A DNA stretch of 26,551 bases. It comes from a virus. Taxonomy: Duplodnaviria; Caudoviricetes. Of the stretch, positions 16,770 through 24,393 are shown one piece after another. Both the position numbers and the translations under genes were made by a program. The stretch covers positions 1-26,551 of the IMG/VR virus record IMGVR_UViG_3300020045_002813. One strand, 5' to 3'. Under the pieces are notes generated by a model. It saw only the letters and a list, made by a program, of their open reading frames with translations, made no database searches and had not been told where the DNA came from. The stretch's first letter is position 1. Each line of letters starts with the position of its first letter.

Positions 16770-17633
16770 ATGGCACAACAAACAATACTCGGTGGTTCAG
16801 GGGTTTTATGGGGCACAGAGAAGGTAAAAATAAATTCCAATTTCTCTGAACTTTATGGGCGTCCAGCCTATAGCAATCTTACCTCATTCGTTGCTCAGAC
16901 AGCTTGGAGGTTATTCTATTCCAACGCCGATGGAGATGTAATCGAGTTGGCACTTGGTGCCGATGGGACATATCTTAAATCAAACGGGGCAAGCGCAGCA
17001 CCTACGTTTGCAACTCCCTCTAGCGGCGACTCACTGCCCAGCCAAACGGGTAACACTGGCAAGTTTTTGACGACAGATGGCACAGATGCTTCGTGGGCTG
17101 ATGTTTCTGGTGGATCAATGACATACCCAGGGGCAGGTATCCCAGTTTCAACTGGATCTGCGTGGGGAACAAGCCTAACTCTTGATACAGATCTATCCTC
17201 TGTGTCTGCAAGTGATGATACCATCCCAAGCGCAAAAGCAACAAAGGCAGCTCTTGATTTAAAGGATAACAATAAACCAGCAACTCTTATCTGCACAACT
17301 GATACCTCAGTATCCGAGGATCAACTCCTTGCAAATAAATACATTACAAATTATGGATCAACAGCCGAGGTAGATATAACTCTACCGGCAGTATCCTACA
17401 ATATCAGCCGCACAATTTTAATTGATGCCGCATACATTGTGGAGCTAAACCCGCCAAGCGGTGAGGCGTTTGATCTATCAGGATCTACGCTTGATGCAAA
17501 TGATTGTGTTGATTCCCCAAATGTTATCGGGGCTAGTGCAGTAGCAACCAGGCGACAAACCGGATCTGCTACATGGCGATGGTATATTGATGTTGTTCGG
17601 GGAACATGGGTTGATACGGGAGCGACAGATTAA
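16770..17633 (+). CDS. Tail fibre protein
   Basis: 287 aa. Anchor 'GGSGVLWGTEKVKINSNFSELY'; fibre shaft motifs 'LALGADGTYLKSNG..AAPTF' and 'LPSQTGNTGKFLTTDGTDASW'. Confidence 0.7.
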   Translation: MAQQTILGGSGVLWGTEKVKINSNFSELYGRPAYSNLTSFVAQTAWRLFYSNADGDVIELALGADGTYLKSNGASAAPTFATPSSGDSLPSQTGNTGKFLTTDGTDASWADVSGGSMTYPGAGIPVSTGSAWGTSLTLDTDLSSVSASDDTIPSAKATKAALDLKDNNKPATLICTTDTSVSEDQLLANKYITNYGSTAEVDITLPAVSYNISRTILIDAAYIVELNPPSGEAFDLSGSTLDANDCVDSPNVIGASAVATRRQTGSATWRWYIDVVRGTWVDTGATD

Positions 17634-17635
17634 CT

Positions 17636-19174
17636 ATGGCTACTCCATTTTTTCTCGATACATTTACAGAGGCGGCAAACACCAGCCTCGACGTGCATAC
17701 GCCTGAGACTGGTGGAACGTGGAACGAGCAGACAACGGCAGCTGGTCAGGTATCATCTGCTGACTACCTTGCCAACACTGCTACTATATCAGGGTTGCAT
17801 TTTAATAATGTGACTCCGCCTACAAGCGACTATTCAGTCACCGGTAGTTTTAAACTCAATGCAACAAACGTATCTACAGCAATAGGCCCAGGAATTAGGA
17901 TCAATGACGATAGGTCTGGCTATTGTGCTCTTATATACAACGGATCGTTTTATATTTCAAGAAGGGCTATTGGCGGGGATAATGCCTCGCTAATAGCTGG
18001 CCCAATAAAAATATCTGGATACGCTCATACAAAAGAATACACAATTTCAATCACTGCGTTTGGATCAACACTGTATGGATGCGTAATCGAAAACGGGGTA
18101 ACTGTTTCGATGGCGCAAGCCACCGATGCAACATATGCTGGCCCAGGTAAGCCAGGAATAGTAATCTTAGGAATTAATCCAGTTTGTTATAACCTAGAAG
18201 CGCAATCAGTAGTTAAATACACTGTTGACCCTGATGATTTGTCTGACAACGTGTACGACAATGTTGCAACCCCACGACAATCGCCGTTTGCGCGACTAGC
18301 GTTTACGACCACAGCGAGTATATTAACGATTACTGGTACAACAGATATCTATTCAGTGTATCCAAATAATGCGAAACTCGGATTACGATATGATGGAGTT
18401 AACCAAACATCAATTGCATTTACGGCGAATGGTGCAAAAACCATATCTCTAGCTGTCCCTGGAAGTGGTACACGGACCGGAGATATAACAGCCGGTTTCC
18501 AAAATTATTCGTCGGGGATAAAGGGCACGTACATTGACTCTGTGATTTATCCGACAGACGAACTCACGATAATTCCGCCGACAACACGAGATAGAATTGT
18601 TGTATACGGTGATTCTATAGCAACCGGAGCTTTTGCAACTGACATTGAATACAACGGGTGGGCAATGCTGTTGCGATCATACGGAAAAAAAGTGCTACTC
18701 GAAGGTTATGGCGGAAGGTCTTTACACGCAGATACTAATACTACGATTCTTGAGGATGCTTTTGTTTCCAGGATTGCTGGGTATTCCCCGAACATTATCT
18801 ATTTGGAAATAGGGGCAAACGATTATTATCTAAACAAACAATCTGCTGCTAATTTCAAAACTGCGTATAACTCGTTAATTGATAAATTGGTTGCTGCTAT
18901 TCCTGGCGTTAGGATTATTTGTCAAACATTCACAATGTTTACCTCGGAAATCGCAAATACATTTGGCAATACTATGGATGATTACCGCACGGCTGTCTCA
19001 GAGGTTTGTGCGACTAAACAATTTTGCACCTTACTTGACTGCAAGACACTGTTAGTATCAGGTGATTTGGTTGATTTTGCTCATCCAAATTCAGGGGGAC
19101 ATTTGAAAATTGCTCAGAGAGTAAATACGGCGGTTGACACTATGGGTAAGGGCGTTGTTATTGCCGGATTTTGA
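17636..19174 (+). CDS. Virion-associated SGNH/GDSL hydrolase (esterase/deacetylase) with N-terminal beta-sandwich domains
   Basis: 512 aa with SGNH blocks YGDSI, GYGG, IGAND and DFAHP. Confidence 0.8.
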   Translation: MATPFFLDTFTEAANTSLDVHTPETGGTWNEQTTAAGQVSSADYLANTATISGLHFNNVTPPTSDYSVTGSFKLNATNVSTAIGPGIRINDDRSGYCALIYNGSFYISRRAIGGDNASLIAGPIKISGYAHTKEYTISITAFGSTLYGCVIENGVTVSMAQATDATYAGPGKPGIVILGINPVCYNLEAQSVVKYTVDPDDLSDNVYDNVATPRQSPFARLAFTTTASILTITGTTDIYSVYPNNAKLGLRYDGVNQTSIAFTANGAKTISLAVPGSGTRTGDITAGFQNYSSGIKGTYIDSVIYPTDELTIIPPTTRDRIVVYGDSIATGAFATDIEYNGWAMLLRSYGKKVLLEGYGGRSLHADTNTTILEDAFVSRIAGYSPNIIYLEIGANDYYLNKQSAANFKTAYNSLIDKLVAAIPGVRIICQTFTMFTSEIANTFGNTMDDYRTAVSEVCATKQFCTLLDCKTLLVSGDLVDFAHPNSGGHLKIAQRVNTAVDTMGKGVVIAGF

Positions 19175-19222
19175 TTTATACTTAACTACTATCTTGCAAC
19201 CACATAAAAATAAAGGAACAAT

Positions 19223-19759
19223 ATGAAACCAATGAAACCTGATTACTTCTGGCCTATACTTAACAGCTTACTTATTGTCTGCGTCATGCTTGCTACTTCA
19301 GGGTGTGCAGATCAGAGTATCCGTGAACTCAACACGCAGATCATGGAGAGCAATTCTCTTTCAAGGATTGCCTACGCTGAAGGTATTGCGGCTTGTGGAG
19401 ACAATGCAGCATGTCAGGTCGGAGTAACGGCCTCTTACTTTTCAACAGCAGGGCAGCAGCTCGTTAAGCCAGACACTAGCTTGGATTACGTCAAAGCAAC
19501 ACTCCCGTTCGCGCAGCTTGGTTTACAGGCTTTCGGAATGTACTGGTATGGTCAGGGGAATGGTACATCCGGTGATCGTGCATCGACCTACGTCAAAGGG
19601 GACGGGAATACTTTCGTCATGGGGAATAAACTCACCGCCGACAATCAAGGAAGCACAGCACTGTCGTTTTCGCAAGCCTACACTCGAAGTTGGGATGGTG
19701 GATATAATCGTGAGTACACCAACCAGGAACCGATTATGACGCTGGAGGGGACTGAATGA
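19223..19759 (+). CDS. Lipoprotein of unknown function
   Basis: Hydrophobic N-terminus ending in a lipobox-like ATSG-C; SD AAGGA. Confidence 0.6.
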   Translation: MKPMKPDYFWPILNSLLIVCVMLATSGCADQSIRELNTQIMESNSLSRIAYAEGIAACGDNAACQVGVTASYFSTAGQQLVKPDTSLDYVKATLPFAQLGLQAFGMYWYGQGNGTSGDRASTYVKGDGNTFVMGNKLTADNQGSTALSFSQAYTRSWDGGYNREYTNQEPIMTLEGTE

Positions 19760-19968
19760 AATGTGATTTTTGCGGTGGGCCAGATGGAACGGATTGTGGC
19801 AGTTTGATGTTTCAATGTCCAGAATGTACCAGGAAAGCCGGTATAGACGCAATGCCTCTGCCTCAGCGAACTGTTTACAAAATGAAAGATATTATAAGAA
19901 ACTTTCGCGCAACTTTTGCTTGTGCTGCCACCATTCGAGAAGCAAGAAACAAGGCGGCTAAATTATGA
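19756..19968 (+). CDS. Small zinc-ribbon protein
   Basis: 70 aa, CDFC...CPEC; ATGA-coupled on both sides. Confidence 0.55.
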   Translation: MKCDFCGGPDGTDCGSLMFQCPECTRKAGIDAMPLPQRTVYKMKDIIRNFRATFACAATIREARNKAAKL

Positions 19969-20384
19969 TAAAGTTACTTTCAATTCTCCTGTTGCTCCCC
20001 TCTCTCCTCTACGCTGGAGAGAGGGAAGATAATTGGGGAAGGTTCAAAGCTGGGGTAAGAGATCAGGTTATGGAGGAACATAAAGTTACTTTCATAACCT
20101 GTTATTTTACCGGGGTAGCAGTTCCGAAGGAAGCAATTCAGATCGACCATGTAGTGCCTGTCAATGTAGCAGAAAAATTAGGTGCTCTCAAATGGAGCAT
20201 GGATAAACGTAGAGATTTTTTTAATAATCCTGTAAATTTAGTTCCAGTAATAGCCGGATTGAATTCTTCTAAAGGGGATAGAAATCCAAAATCATTCCTC
20301 CCGAAGATCAATAAAGAAGACTACTTAAACAGATGGGAAACTATCTGTGCCTTATACCAAATGGATTGCTCACAGGAGTTCTAA
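19965..20384 (+). CDS. Secreted HNH endonuclease (DUF1524-like)
   Basis: Signal peptide MIKLLSILLLLPSLLYA; 'CYFTG..IQIDHVVP..A...GA..W...RR.F.N.P.NL..V...LNSSKGD'. Confidence 0.75.
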   Translation: MIKLLSILLLLPSLLYAGEREDNWGRFKAGVRDQVMEEHKVTFITCYFTGVAVPKEAIQIDHVVPVNVAEKLGALKWSMDKRRDFFNNPVNLVPVIAGLNSSKGDRNPKSFLPKINKEDYLNRWETICALYQMDCSQEF

Positions 20385-20573
20385 ATGGAATTTCTAAAAT
20401 GGGTTGCTGCTGCAGTATTGGTTATCATGGCTTACACTTGGTCACACATCAGCATAAACCTTGGAGTGATGGTAACTGTGTCTGACGAGTTCATGTATGT
20501 AGCTGGTATACTGGTTTCAATTGTCTCTGGCCAAGGAATAAAAGAAGGATTAAATAAGTGGAAGAAAAGCTGA
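20385..20573 (+). CDS. Putative holin (two transmembrane segments)
   Basis: 62 aa, two hydrophobic stretches and a basic C-terminus (KEGLNKWKKS), upstream of the lysozyme. Confidence 0.5.
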   Translation: MEFLKWVAAAVLVIMAYTWSHISINLGVMVTVSDEFMYVAGILVSIVSGQGIKEGLNKWKKS

Positions 20574-20755
20574 AGTTAGTAAGTCAGTGCTGTGTTTGCC
20601 ACAAGATAAAGTTTAGTGATGGTGAGTTCTACAGAGTACCAGGTGATTATATTCCAGGTACTGTAGCTAGTCATGGGTATTGCTACGATTGCGTACTAAC
20701 TGTCTTCGGTATTATAATGGAGAGGCCGAATGAAACACGTAACGATAAATTATAG
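20558..20755 (+). CDS. Stand-alone CxxC-KI...SHGxCxxC zinc-finger protein
   Basis: 65 aa, 'CCVCHKIKFSDGEF...SHGYCYDC'. Confidence 0.6.
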   Translation: MEEKLKLVSQCCVCHKIKFSDGEFYRVPGDYIPGTVASHGYCYDCVLTVFGIIMERPNETRNDKL

Positions 20756-21188
20756 TGAAATTAAACTTGAAGTACCGTACTTCATGCAATACTATTGGCC
20801 TCATACCATACGCATTGAAGACTTCCCAACTTACTGTGGGGCCGGTGACGGTATTGGAGATGCCTTAGTACCTGATAGTATTTATGGGATGAGAGTAGCT
20901 CCTGCCTGTCTTATTCATGATATTGATTGGCTAGTTTCTTCTGGAACTTATGCTGGTTTCTGTAGAGATAATGCTAGATTTCTTAGAAATCTTTTAGCAA
21001 TACGAGAAGTCAATAAAGATAAGTTTCCGTATCTCAGATATCTAGGATGCTACAGATATTACGGAGCAGTTCAATTATTTGGCCATAAAAATTACTTTCC
21101 TGTCGAATATAATCGTAAAGACCCAATGTCAACTCCAGCAATAAAGGAAAAATTATCAAAACTATATCGGAGTACCGCCAATGTGTAA
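20730..21188 (+). CDS. DUF1353 / prokaryotic phospholipase A2-like protein
   Basis: 152 aa, 'YCGAG...VPD.IYG....ACLIHDIDW...G.......NARFLRNL...YYGAVQLFG'. Confidence 0.6.
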   Translation: MKHVTINYSEIKLEVPYFMQYYWPHTIRIEDFPTYCGAGDGIGDALVPDSIYGMRVAPACLIHDIDWLVSSGTYAGFCRDNARFLRNLLAIREVNKDKFPYLRYLGCYRYYGAVQLFGHKNYFPVEYNRKDPMSTPAIKEKLSKLYRSTANV

Positions 21189-21603
21189 AATAGCAGAACT
21201 TAAAGTATTAGTTGTAGAATCAGACGATAATGAACTTGAGAAAACTTGCGCCAGCTTGGTTAAACTCGGAGTAGAAATGGTTGTCTGTGTTCACAGTTAC
21301 AAGGATGCTATGACAATTATTGAAAGTGATAAGGACGTTGATCTGGTAATAGCAGACCTCAGACTTGAGAACTTCAAACCCGCTGGTGTGTTCTTGTGCG
21401 AAATGGCGAAGAAAACCAGACCTGATCTCCTCTTCATCATAAGTTCAAGATGCTCTGGAGTTGCTTTTTTAGGGGAATCAATGTATGCTGGAGCTGATGC
21501 CACAGTTGACACCTCAAATCCCGAAGAGGTAGACATAACAATGAAACGCTGGCTTGGTCTAGCCCAGAAACGACGAGAAGTCGAAGCCATAATTAAGGCA
21601 TAA
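21181..21603 (+). CDS. Stand-alone response-regulator receiver (CheY-like) domain protein
   Basis: 140 aa: KVLVVESDD, DLVIADL (phospho-acceptor Asp), G..LC, PDLLFIISS, AGADA; the conserved Lys-Pro is absent. Confidence 0.8.
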   Translation: MCKIAELKVLVVESDDNELEKTCASLVKLGVEMVVCVHSYKDAMTIIESDKDVDLVIADLRLENFKPAGVFLCEMAKKTRPDLLFIISSRCSGVAFLGESMYAGADATVDTSNPEEVDITMKRWLGLAQKRREVEAIIKA

Positions 21604-21613
21604 GGAATTGATA

Positions 21614-21991
21614 ATGGACGAACTGGACGAGAAGTTGAAAGATGTCTATGACAAGATGGACAAACAGAAGGATAAGCTGATAATAGAGATTGACAAAAGT
21701 GAAGCGAGATCCGAGAAACTTTTTAGGGACAAACTCTTAGCCCTTAAAGAACTTATCGACCAGAGTAACACCGCTAGATCAGAGCAGGTTAATTCAGACT
21801 TGTCAAGGCTTAAACATTGTAGTGATGAGTGTGGAAAGAAATGCGAGGGATTTCGTGGAGGGTATGATAGTAGATTGAAACAACTTGAGGATTGGAAGAC
21901 TCTTAACTGGCAACGAACAGTTATATATTTAGGAGTTGCTGTTGTGGCTGCTGCGAAAGTTTTTGATTGGTTGAAAGCTCTGGTGAAATAA
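21614..21991 (+). CDS. Coiled-coil protein with a C-terminal transmembrane helix (holin/antiholin-like)
   Basis: Charged coiled coil followed by 'TVIYLGVAVVAAAKVFDWLKALVK'; TAATG-coupled to the lysozyme; SD AAGGA before ATG 21614. Confidence 0.5.
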   Translation: MDELDEKLKDVYDKMDKQKDKLIIEIDKSEARSEKLFRDKLLALKELIDQSNTARSEQVNSDLSRLKHCSDECGKKCEGFRGGYDSRLKQLEDWKTLNWQRTVIYLGVAVVAAAKVFDWLKALVK

Positions 21992-22461
21992 TGAATTTTA
22001 TAGAAGAATTAGAAGCAAGAGTTCCGTTTGTTTACTCTGACTCTAAGGGTTTACCAACGATTGGAATTGGCCACTGTTTGACTAAGAGTGAACTCTCTTC
22101 CGGCAAAATCATAATCAAAGGCATACCTGTTAAGTATTCTCAAGGACTTACCGATCAACAGATTGATGACCTGTACGATCAAGACCATAGGTTTGCTGTT
22201 GATGCCGTCAACAAACATGTGAAAGTAACTTTGACAGACAATCAATTCGCAGCACTTACGAGTTTTGTTTTCAATATTGGAGCTTCGGCTTTTGCCAACT
22301 CTACACTTCTTAGGAAACTAAACCAGGGACTCTATTCAGAAGTCCCTGGTCAGATGAGAAGATGGAAATATGAAGACGGTAGAATCTCTCAAGGGCTTAT
22401 CAATCGCCGGGAGAAGGAGATTCAGTTATGGTTAAAGGGGAGTAGTTCTCCGCAAATATAG
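21991..22461 (+). CDS. Endolysin, GH24 phage lysozyme
   Basis: E-x8-D-x5-T triad (E-ARVPFVYS-D-SKGLP-T-IGIGH), 'QFAALTSFVFNIG', 'STLLRKLN', 'GLINRREKE'; no SAR segment. Confidence 0.95.
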   Translation: MNFIEELEARVPFVYSDSKGLPTIGIGHCLTKSELSSGKIIIKGIPVKYSQGLTDQQIDDLYDQDHRFAVDAVNKHVKVTLTDNQFAALTSFVFNIGASAFANSTLLRKLNQGLYSEVPGQMRRWKYEDGRISQGLINRREKEIQLWLKGSSSPQI

Positions 22462-22785
22462 CTCCAACTCAGCTAGAGCATTCCATGCTTCGTGCGCCAG
22501 ATGAGGTAAGCCTGAATCTTTATCGAACTCTTCCCCTGCTGTCCGGTAGAGAAAGTGTCTAAGTCTAGCATCACCATATCTAGTCTCTCCATTCTCTACT
22601 TTCTGCCATCCTCCCATAGAATATTTTGATGCCCCGAAAGTTCCTACGTCTGACACTGCCAGTAGCGCATTGGCAAACATTCCAAGTATCTGAGCCGCCA
22701 GCGGTTTATTAGCATCCAGTTTAGCTCCAGGATCTTTAGGAGACTTCCCATTAGGGTCAAGTTCTTGAGCAAACACAGCGGTCAT
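22432..22785 (-). CDS. dATP/dGTP diphosphohydrolase-domain protein (DUF5664)
   Basis: 117 aa, 'GAKLDANKP', 'VGTFGASKYS..GW', 'DKDSGLPHLAHEAWNAL'. Confidence 0.85.
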   Translation of the reverse strand: MTAVFAQELDPNGKSPKDPGAKLDANKPLAAQILGMFANALLAVSDVGTFGASKYSMGGWQKVENGETRYGDARLRHFLYRTAGEEFDKDSGLPHLAHEAWNALAELELYLRRTTPL

Positions 22786-22931
22786 TTCTTTTCCTCCATC
22801 GCTTTTTTGAGTAAGGTCATACCTCTTATAATAGAGGCTTTAGCTTCCAATAGTTTCTCAAGATTCTTAACATCGACATCTTTCAAACTCATTAACACTT
22901 TTGTTAACTCTTCAATAGCTTTCTCAATCAT
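22782..22931 (-). CDS. 49-aa hypothetical helical protein (below the ORF-track cut-off)
   Basis: MIEKAIEELTKVLMSLKDVDVKNLEKLLEAKASIIRGMTLLKKAMEEKK*; ATGA overlaps with both neighbours. Confidence 0.7.
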   Translation of the reverse strand: MIEKAIEELTKVLMSLKDVDVKNLEKLLEAKASIIRGMTLLKKAMEEKK

Positions 22932-24196
22932 GATACGTCCACCAACCATTTGATTTCTTCATAAGTATTAGCCTCGTCTTTATCGTTAAACCTAGTCTCA
23001 ATAAAGCGAGCGTGAGTCATGCCATAGGTTTCACTACCTTTCGCCAAACTCAATCCAGTTATCCGCACAGTTACTATATCACCAGCATGAGAGTTCCACC
23101 AATCAACTCCCAGATTTCTATCAGCATCAGTGAAGCCCCCTCCAACATAACCAACTACCAAACCTTCTTTCGACTTAACAAGCAGTCTTCCCATAACCTT
23201 CTCGTACTTGTCACCAACATCACCATAGAGTGCCTTGACTATCTCCATCTCAATATCTGAATGAGGTTTGCATTTACAGCCGTACTTTGTACCGCTTGAC
23301 TCATCCTTCCACTTCAGGAGGTTAGCAACCTTGATCATTGCACCTTCTTCACCTCGCTTCTTAGCCTCTGAGTAGTAGTCCAGAGCTTCATCAAGTGACT
23401 TGACATGTTTGCTTTCTGATATGATCATGTTACTTGGCAGTTCCATAGACCTAAGTTCTATGAATGTATCATAGTAAGTTTTATCTGACTTTCCTGCTCT
23501 GAAATCTTCTTTAGTTACGAACCCCCAGGTAACATACACAACGTCATGCGTTACTGGTCCACCTTGGATAATGCTGTTGAGGATTCCGTTTCCGACTGCC
23601 CTCGGCATATACCGTCCGTCGATGTCAACTACCAACAGCTCTCCCATAAAGATCTTATCAAGCCCTACAAAGCCAGGAACCTTGAATCTCGAACCATTAC
23701 GAGTGAGGAAACTTCCATCCTCCATCAGATATGAAAACATGCCATCATATTTAACTTGAACCAGAACAGTATTACCTTCAAATTTTATCTTGTCAACATC
23801 TTTGAAAGATGAAAACCTTTGATAAGGAACTCTGAAAATGAGATCCTTCCAGACCTGATTTACGAGCTTTGCCCCTACTCCACATTTCAGATCCTTTTTC
23901 AGGATACGATTGACAACTTCTCTTGCTCTTGGGTCTGGACCTACTGCGTTTGATAAATTTTTAGCTTCTGCATGTGTGCACGATCCTTTGTTACTTAAAC
24001 AAGTCAAATACTCAAGTGGATCTACAATTCCCTCGTATTCAAACGGTGGTAGCTCTGTCAAATGATAATACTTATCCTGATCCAGCGCATATTTAAACAA
24101 CGCTTTGTATCCAGGGTTAGCTTTCAATATTTCTTTCTTCTCGTTACTTCCATCAGCGTTGTCAAGTTTAGTAAGCACATTGTAAAAATTAATCAT
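22928..24196 (-). CDS. ATP-dependent DNA ligase
   Basis: 422 aa; motif I VKYDG, 'TRNG', 'FMGEL', 'EGAMIK', 'KCKP', OB-fold 'VGGGFTD', 'HARF...RFNDK'. Confidence 0.92.
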   Translation of the reverse strand: MINFYNVLTKLDNADGSNEKKEILKANPGYKALFKYALDQDKYYHLTELPPFEYEGIVDPLEYLTCLSNKGSCTHAEAKNLSNAVGPDPRAREVVNRILKKDLKCGVGAKLVNQVWKDLIFRVPYQRFSSFKDVDKIKFEGNTVLVQVKYDGMFSYLMEDGSFLTRNGSRFKVPGFVGLDKIFMGELLVVDIDGRYMPRAVGNGILNSIIQGGPVTHDVVYVTWGFVTKEDFRAGKSDKTYYDTFIELRSMELPSNMIISESKHVKSLDEALDYYSEAKKRGEEGAMIKVANLLKWKDESSGTKYGCKCKPHSDIEMEIVKALYGDVGDKYEKVMGRLLVKSKEGLVVGYVGGGFTDADRNLGVDWWNSHAGDIVTVRITGLSLAKGSETYGMTHARFIETRFNDKDEANTYEEIKWLVDVS

Positions 24197-24393
24197 TGTG
24201 GAATCTCCTCATGGTGATCATTGGTTAAAACTTCTACTGTCTCTCCGAATGGAAATGTTATCCTGTATCCATCTGTCTTCTCTTCTCTGCAAATATCAAT
24301 TAAGATTCCACAAAGAAATTGTGTTGTCTTATCAACTCCATCTGCTACTATACATAACTTAATAAGTTTTATTAACGGTGTTCCGAATCTCAT
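24193..24393 (-). CDS. Hypothetical protein
   Basis: 66 aa; ATGA-coupled on both sides. Confidence 0.6.
   Translation of the reverse strand: MRFGTPLIKLIKLCIVADGVDKTTQFLCGILIDICREEKTDGYRITFPFGETVEVLTNDHHEEIPQ

Noticed and set aside
10710-19174. Diversity-generating retroelement or invertase shufflon acting on the fibre genes
   Set aside because: No reverse transcriptase or recombinase, no near-identical TR/VR pair and no inverted fibre cassettes; all fibre genes are co-oriented.
22432-22785. 2-aminoadenine (Z) or other base-modification system inferred from the dATP/dGTP diphosphohydrolase
   Set aside because: The domain is widespread in phages, and no purZ, datZ or other modification gene is present in this window.
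22765-22953. + strand 62-aa ORF
   Set aside because: It is the antisense shadow of the 49-aa minus-strand gene 22782..22931, which has ATGA coupling on both sides.
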